A stretch of DNA of 64,000 nt from Deltaproteobacteria bacterium. Lineage in GTDB: Bacteria > Desulfobacterota > Desulfomonilia > UBA1062. Below, in pieces: positions 60,137-64,000 of this stretch. The notes under the pieces are model-generated. The model had not been told where the DNA came from. It saw only the letters and a list, made by a program, of their open reading frames with translations, and searched no databases. The DNA is taken from positions 11,124 through 75,123 of the forward strand of contig JAKPPU010000068.1 in NCBI GenBank assembly GCA_029547185.1, in the 5' to 3' direction. Made by a program: the position numbers and the translations under genes. Positions within the stretch are counted from its first letter, which is position 1. Each line of letters opens with the position of its first letter.

Positions 60137-61450
60137 TTACCGATATTTAGAAGAGGCTGCTATTTCACCATCTCTAGAATTAATTATTAATCCGATGGTT
60201 GCACCTATCTGGATCGATGACATGAAGTAGGGGAATATCTGTGCTCCTCCTCCTCTTAACAACAGTAATATTAAGACGAACCATGACATTATTCCGAAGG
60301 TACAAAATAAACGGTAATTGAGGCTGGTTTGTTTTATAATGAATTTCTTGTACATGATAAATATTCCCATAACGAAAACGATGAATAATAGAATACCCAC
60401 AAGTCCGCATCCAATCAGAACTTGAAGGAAAGTATTGTGTGCGATTTTCCCCGTTGGGTTTATATAACCGTCGATCCCAAATCCTATCCCAAAGGTTTTC
60501 TGCAATGCATCCATTTTATTCATGTAGTAATGAGAAAAAAACATAAGATCTCCAACACGCCCCGAGCCCAACTTGGCAATGTTTTTATCTTGAACCAGAT
60601 TCTGCTCCATCTTCCACCTGAGGAAGGCCGTCTCAGGATTTAAGAAATAAAACGCACTGATTGCAATGAAGCTAACAAAGATAGTTGTGAGGATAGTAGG
60701 AGCAACCCTTTTCAGAGAATGTCTGAAGGAAAGATAGAGTAAATAGAAATAAGAAAGAATAATTATCGCAAACGGACCTCGAACATACGTCATCAAGATT
60801 CCAACGAATGCAATAAGAGCGCCTATTTGATAACGATACCTTTTTTCTCCTTGGAATCCCTTGATAAACAGAATCGGTATCGCCAATAACAATGCAGCAG
60901 CGATCCCCGATTGGTTGTAGTAAGCTCCTATAGCCACCTTTAGATTGTGTCCCTGGTAACCATATTCAGTAGAACGTCCGTATATCCCGAACCACGATAA
61001 GATTATGCTGATGATGATAATGCAGACGGTAACATAAGCGAAATCACTCAAGAGCTTTATATCGCTCTCAGTTTTAATCAAACTGGAGGCTAGAGGAATC
61101 AATAGAACCCAACTCCCGAATTTCATCGATGCCATCATTGTTGTGAATGGATGTGGTGAGAAAAGAGCAGTGCACAAGAAATAAACAAAAAGGGCCAAAG
61201 ATAATAAAAAAATACCCTTTGCCTTAAAATTCACGGCCAGTGCGAAAAGAATCAGGCAGAAAACGACCGACCCATATAATTGAGACATGTTGATAGCTTG
61301 TCCAGGCAAATCAAGATTTACATCCACACATTGGGCAATTAAAGGATAAAACACGAACAGAGAGTAGAGGAAATACCTTTGGTTGAAAAAGAAAATCAAT
61401 ATCGTTATTAAAATGATAAGAATTGAAAATGTTATTAAGATATAATGCAT
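60137..61450 (-). CDS. O-antigen polymerase/ligase-like (Wzy-type) polytopic membrane protein
   Basis: 437 aa and about 11-12 hydrophobic segments, with one larger loop (RWKMEQNLVQDKNIAKLGSGRVGD). It lies between glycosyltransferase genes and wzx. The assignment rests on architecture and context only. Confidence 0.55.
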   Translation of the reverse strand: MHYILITFSILIILITILIFFFNQRYFLYSLFVFYPLIAQCVDVNLDLPGQAINMSQLYGSVVFCLILFALAVNFKAKGIFLLSLALFVYFLCTALFSPHPFTTMMASMKFGSWVLLIPLASSLIKTESDIKLLSDFAYVTVCIIIISIILSWFGIYGRSTEYGYQGHNLKVAIGAYYNQSGIAAALLLAIPILFIKGFQGEKRYRYQIGALIAFVGILMTYVRGPFAIIILSYFYLLYLSFRHSLKRVAPTILTTIFVSFIAISAFYFLNPETAFLRWKMEQNLVQDKNIAKLGSGRVGDLMFFSHYYMNKMDALQKTFGIGFGIDGYINPTGKIAHNTFLQVLIGCGLVGILLFIVFVMGIFIMYKKFIIKQTSLNYRLFCTFGIMSWFVLILLLLRGGGAQIFPYFMSSIQIGATIGLIINSRDGEIAASSKYR

Positions 61451-61489
61451 TTTAATCTTATAGAAATAACCAGGAGTTACAAGATCAAA

Positions 61490-62788
61490 TCATAGAATTT
61501 CATTCATTACTTCACAAAGCTGTTTCGTTTTTTCATATGATGAATATTTAATTTTATTCCTGATGGTACATTTTTCTTTGTTCAGGTAAAACCTTATGTA
61601 AGATTCTTCGATTTTATCTGAGATATCTTTTGTATCCTCGGGATCAGCGATCAGCCCGGCATTTGTCTCTGTGACAATATCTCTTAAAGATCCTTCCTTG
61701 GTTAGACACAGGATTGGTTTTTCCATCATTAGATATTCGAAGAACTTCTGGGGTATATATAACTCATGGCCCTTAGAACAGTGATTTATAAGAAGAAGGA
61801 TATCCGAGTTGCTATAATATGTATACAAATCGCTTAGGGGGACCGGGTCATGAGGGAAAACGACATCCTGTATCTCAAGGTCTCTTAATAATCTGTTATA
61901 GGGGCTAAGATGGTTGATGCCGAAATAATGGAATTGAATCCGCTGCCTCAGTTCCTGGTTTCTTTCAAAAGATAACTTTATAGCCTTAAAGAAATTTATA
62001 GGATTTCTATCCCCATAAAAACTGCCAGCATAAATAATCCTGCAGATACCATCATGCTCCTCTTCTATCTTCTTATGCCTGCCTAGGTTGAGTGTATGGT
62101 CATATGAATTTTCGATAGCCTTGAAGAGAGCATTTGATTGTGCTGCATATCTTTTCTGATACGTGTCACACGTTCTCCTGCTGGAAAAAAGGATACCATC
62201 GGCATTTGTGACAGCACTTTTATCCAAAAATGATTCCACCATGCGGATCACCCTATTTTTTCTCCTCAATTGGTTAATGCTCCACGGGTCACGGTAATCG
62301 AGGATAAGCTTCTTTTTCGTTACAAGTTTAACTAACAGAGCAAGAATGAAGCATGAGAAAGGTGAGCCGGTTGCATACACTAATTGTATTTGTTGACGTC
62401 TAATCAATCTTATAGCCTTAAACAATGCAAATGGTATCCACAAAACCTTGGCATCAGGTAGCATGATACGATCCAATATCTTGAATAAATATGATTGGGT
62501 GAGATTAAGGATTGCGGTATTTGACTTGCCTAAAGATATTTTTGGGAAAAGAAGAGGTGCTCTGTAAATGACGCACTTGCTTACTATCTCATTAATAATG
62601 TTATAGTCATATATGCTGTATACTGCGTTGGATGGCGCCAGTACGATGGGATGCCATCCAAATTCAACCATGTTTTTTATAAACCTCACCCCCCTGTAGC
62701 ATCCTACTTCTCCGCTGGGAGGGAATGGATAGAGTATCATGAGCACTCTTCTCGATTGATAACCCTGACTTGTTGTATTCGACTCCAT
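61490..62788 (-). CDS. Glycosyltransferase, GT-B fold (GT4-like)
   Basis: VLMILYPFPPSGEVGCYRGVRFIKNMVEFGWHPIVLAP N-terminal Rossmann half. The C-terminal half has YIPQKFFEYLMMEKPILCL. Confidence 0.65.
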   Translation of the reverse strand: MESNTTSQGYQSRRVLMILYPFPPSGEVGCYRGVRFIKNMVEFGWHPIVLAPSNAVYSIYDYNIINEIVSKCVIYRAPLLFPKISLGKSNTAILNLTQSYLFKILDRIMLPDAKVLWIPFALFKAIRLIRRQQIQLVYATGSPFSCFILALLVKLVTKKKLILDYRDPWSINQLRRKNRVIRMVESFLDKSAVTNADGILFSSRRTCDTYQKRYAAQSNALFKAIENSYDHTLNLGRHKKIEEEHDGICRIIYAGSFYGDRNPINFFKAIKLSFERNQELRQRIQFHYFGINHLSPYNRLLRDLEIQDVVFPHDPVPLSDLYTYYSNSDILLLINHCSKGHELYIPQKFFEYLMMEKPILCLTKEGSLRDIVTETNAGLIADPEDTKDISDKIEESYIRFYLNKEKCTIRNKIKYSSYEKTKQLCEVMNEIL

Positions 62789-62796
62789 AAGGGAAC

Positions 62797-64000
62797 CTAT
62801 CTGCTGTGAAAAATTGGATTTATCCTCCTTTTTAATAAATTTATTCCATGCATGACGGTTTGCCTCTCTAAGATTGAAATGATGGTAAGATATGAAACAA
62901 ATCCGACAAAGATTTTAATCATCAGCCCGAAGGGAATAGAACTCATTCCCGGGACAAGGGATATTGCCGCACACATCCCTGTTCCTGCGATCAATGTCTT
63001 AAAAAGTATATTCCAGGGAAAATCCCATCTTATCAGTTTCCTTCCGAAAATGATTGAGATCGCTAAGCCGAAGAAATAAGCGATATTCGTCGATATCGCT
63101 GCCCCCAAGATACCCCAGACCGGGACGGTTGCTATATTTAAAATGATATTAAGGCCAGCTGCGCTCCCGATAAGGATAAGGAGTGTACGGGTCCTCTCCA
63201 TGAGTTCAAAATTCTTATTAAAATACATAGACATTCCCATAAAGAATACTCCAGAGAGAACCCAGGGAATAACAATATATGCCTCATAAAACGACTTATC
63301 GAACAAAACGCTTGATATCTCTCTCCTCAAGAACGAGAGACCCAAGACAACCGGGATAAGGATGATCAAATATATTGATAATAAGTATCTCATGAGCCTT
63401 ATTGTCTCTCCTGCTCCTGCCTTTTCAAAAGAATCTATCAGTGCAGGAAAGGAGACTGTCATTAGGAAATAAATAAAGAGGGTTGCACTGTTTTCAGCTA
63501 TTTTGTATCCTGCCGAATAGATTCCGACCAGTGAACTGCCGCAAAAATATTCGATAACGTAGCGGTCCGAAGATGACAAGATCATGTTTGCACAGGCTAT
63601 TCCAACCATAGGAAGGCCATAATGGGATAATTGTCTCAATATAGGCTGAGAGAAATTACGGTACGAGAAGTTGTACCCTTTTCTCAGTCTTAACATCTCG
63701 AAGATTAAAATGGGCAGCCCGGCTATTATGATGGCAATGAGCATGGCTTCTGCCTTCATATCGAATAAAAATATAAATCCAACAGCGAGTACAAACTTGA
63801 AAAGTGAATTCCCTGAGGCATGAAGTGAATATCTCACGCTGTCTCTTCTTGCCCTTTGTACTGTCTGAGCCAAATTGAATCCTGATTGGGCAATGGTTAC
63901 GACTGGACCCAGTAACAGCAGTTGCCACAGCCTGTAGTCAAATACCTTGGGTAGAAAGGCTTGAATAAGGTACCATATAAAAGCCATAAGGATAGAGACG
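62797..64000 (-). CDS. Polysaccharide flippase (Wzx / MOP superfamily), 5' end probably outside the window
   Basis: Highly hydrophobic with about 10 TM segments. The frame stays open upstream of the track ATG 63987 to position 64000 (..VSIL-MAFIW..). Confidence 0.75.
   Translation of the reverse strand, partial: VSILMAFIWYLIQAFLPKVFDYRLWQLLLLGPVVTIAQSGFNLAQTVQRARRDSVRYSLHASGNSLFKFVLAVGFIFLFDMKAEAMLIAIIIAGLPILIFEMLRLRKGYNFSYRNFSQPILRQLSHYGLPMVGIACANMILSSSDRYVIEYFCGSSLVGIYSAGYKIAENSATLFIYFLMTVSFPALIDSFEKAGAGETIRLMRYLLSIYLIILIPVVLGLSFLRREISSVLFDKSFYEAYIVIPWVLSGVFFMGMSMYFNKNFELMERTRTLLILIGSAAGLNIILNIATVPVWGILGAAISTNIAYFFGLAISIIFGRKLIRWDFPWNILFKTLIAGTGMCAAISLVPGMSSIPFGLMIKIFVGFVSYLTIISILERQTVMHGINLLKRRINPIFHSR

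Overview
This 64-kb window looks like the chromosome of a high-GC (about 55-60% by eye), sigma-54-using, anaerobe-like bacterium. The gene content resembles a deltaproteobacterium or syntroph, but that taxon is inference only. No rRNA, tRNA, CRISPR array, transposase or integrase was seen.

**Positions 1-42.8 kb: housekeeping and acyl-CoA metabolism.**
- Housekeeping genes: lepA-hemW, yebC-ruvCAB, purA, serA and an HtrA-family protease.
- Acyl-CoA genes: two 2-hydroxyacyl-CoA-dehydratase-family subunits, an atypical acyl-CoA dehydrogenase, two crotonase-fold proteins and two alpha/beta hydrolases.
- Sensors and regulators: an edge-truncated multi-PAS sensor that is missing from the ORF track, a roughly 1040-aa sigma-54 activator, a PAS protein with a Cys-rich tail, and a dual-PilZ protein.

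**Positions 42.9-64 kb: accessory cell-surface region.**
- A 14-repeat beta-propeller-like secreted protein with a Cys-framed dockerin-like tail.
- A YD-repeat-like lipoprotein that sits behind an extremely AT-rich spacer.
- A 13-gene minus-strand exosortase (PEP-CTERM/XrtA-type) polysaccharide locus. Its distal half, from about 54.6 kb to the window end, drops to roughly 33-42% GC. That half contains the exosortase-EpsI fusion, three glycosyltransferases, a CapK-like ligase, a Wzy-like protein and Wzx.

**Non-coding signals worth a second look.**
- A 190-nt rod-like perfect-Watson-Crick palindrome at 4778-4967.
- A tandem 21-bp near-palindromic operator in front of a MetA-type porin gene.
- Two sigma-54 -24/-12 promoter candidates, upstream of htrA and of the acyl-CoA dehydrogenase.
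- A probable leaderless methyltransferase mRNA.
- Several clean intrinsic terminators.

Many long ORFs in the track are antisense shadows typical of high-GC DNA, and I rejected them. All calls come from reading motifs by eye; no database search was possible.
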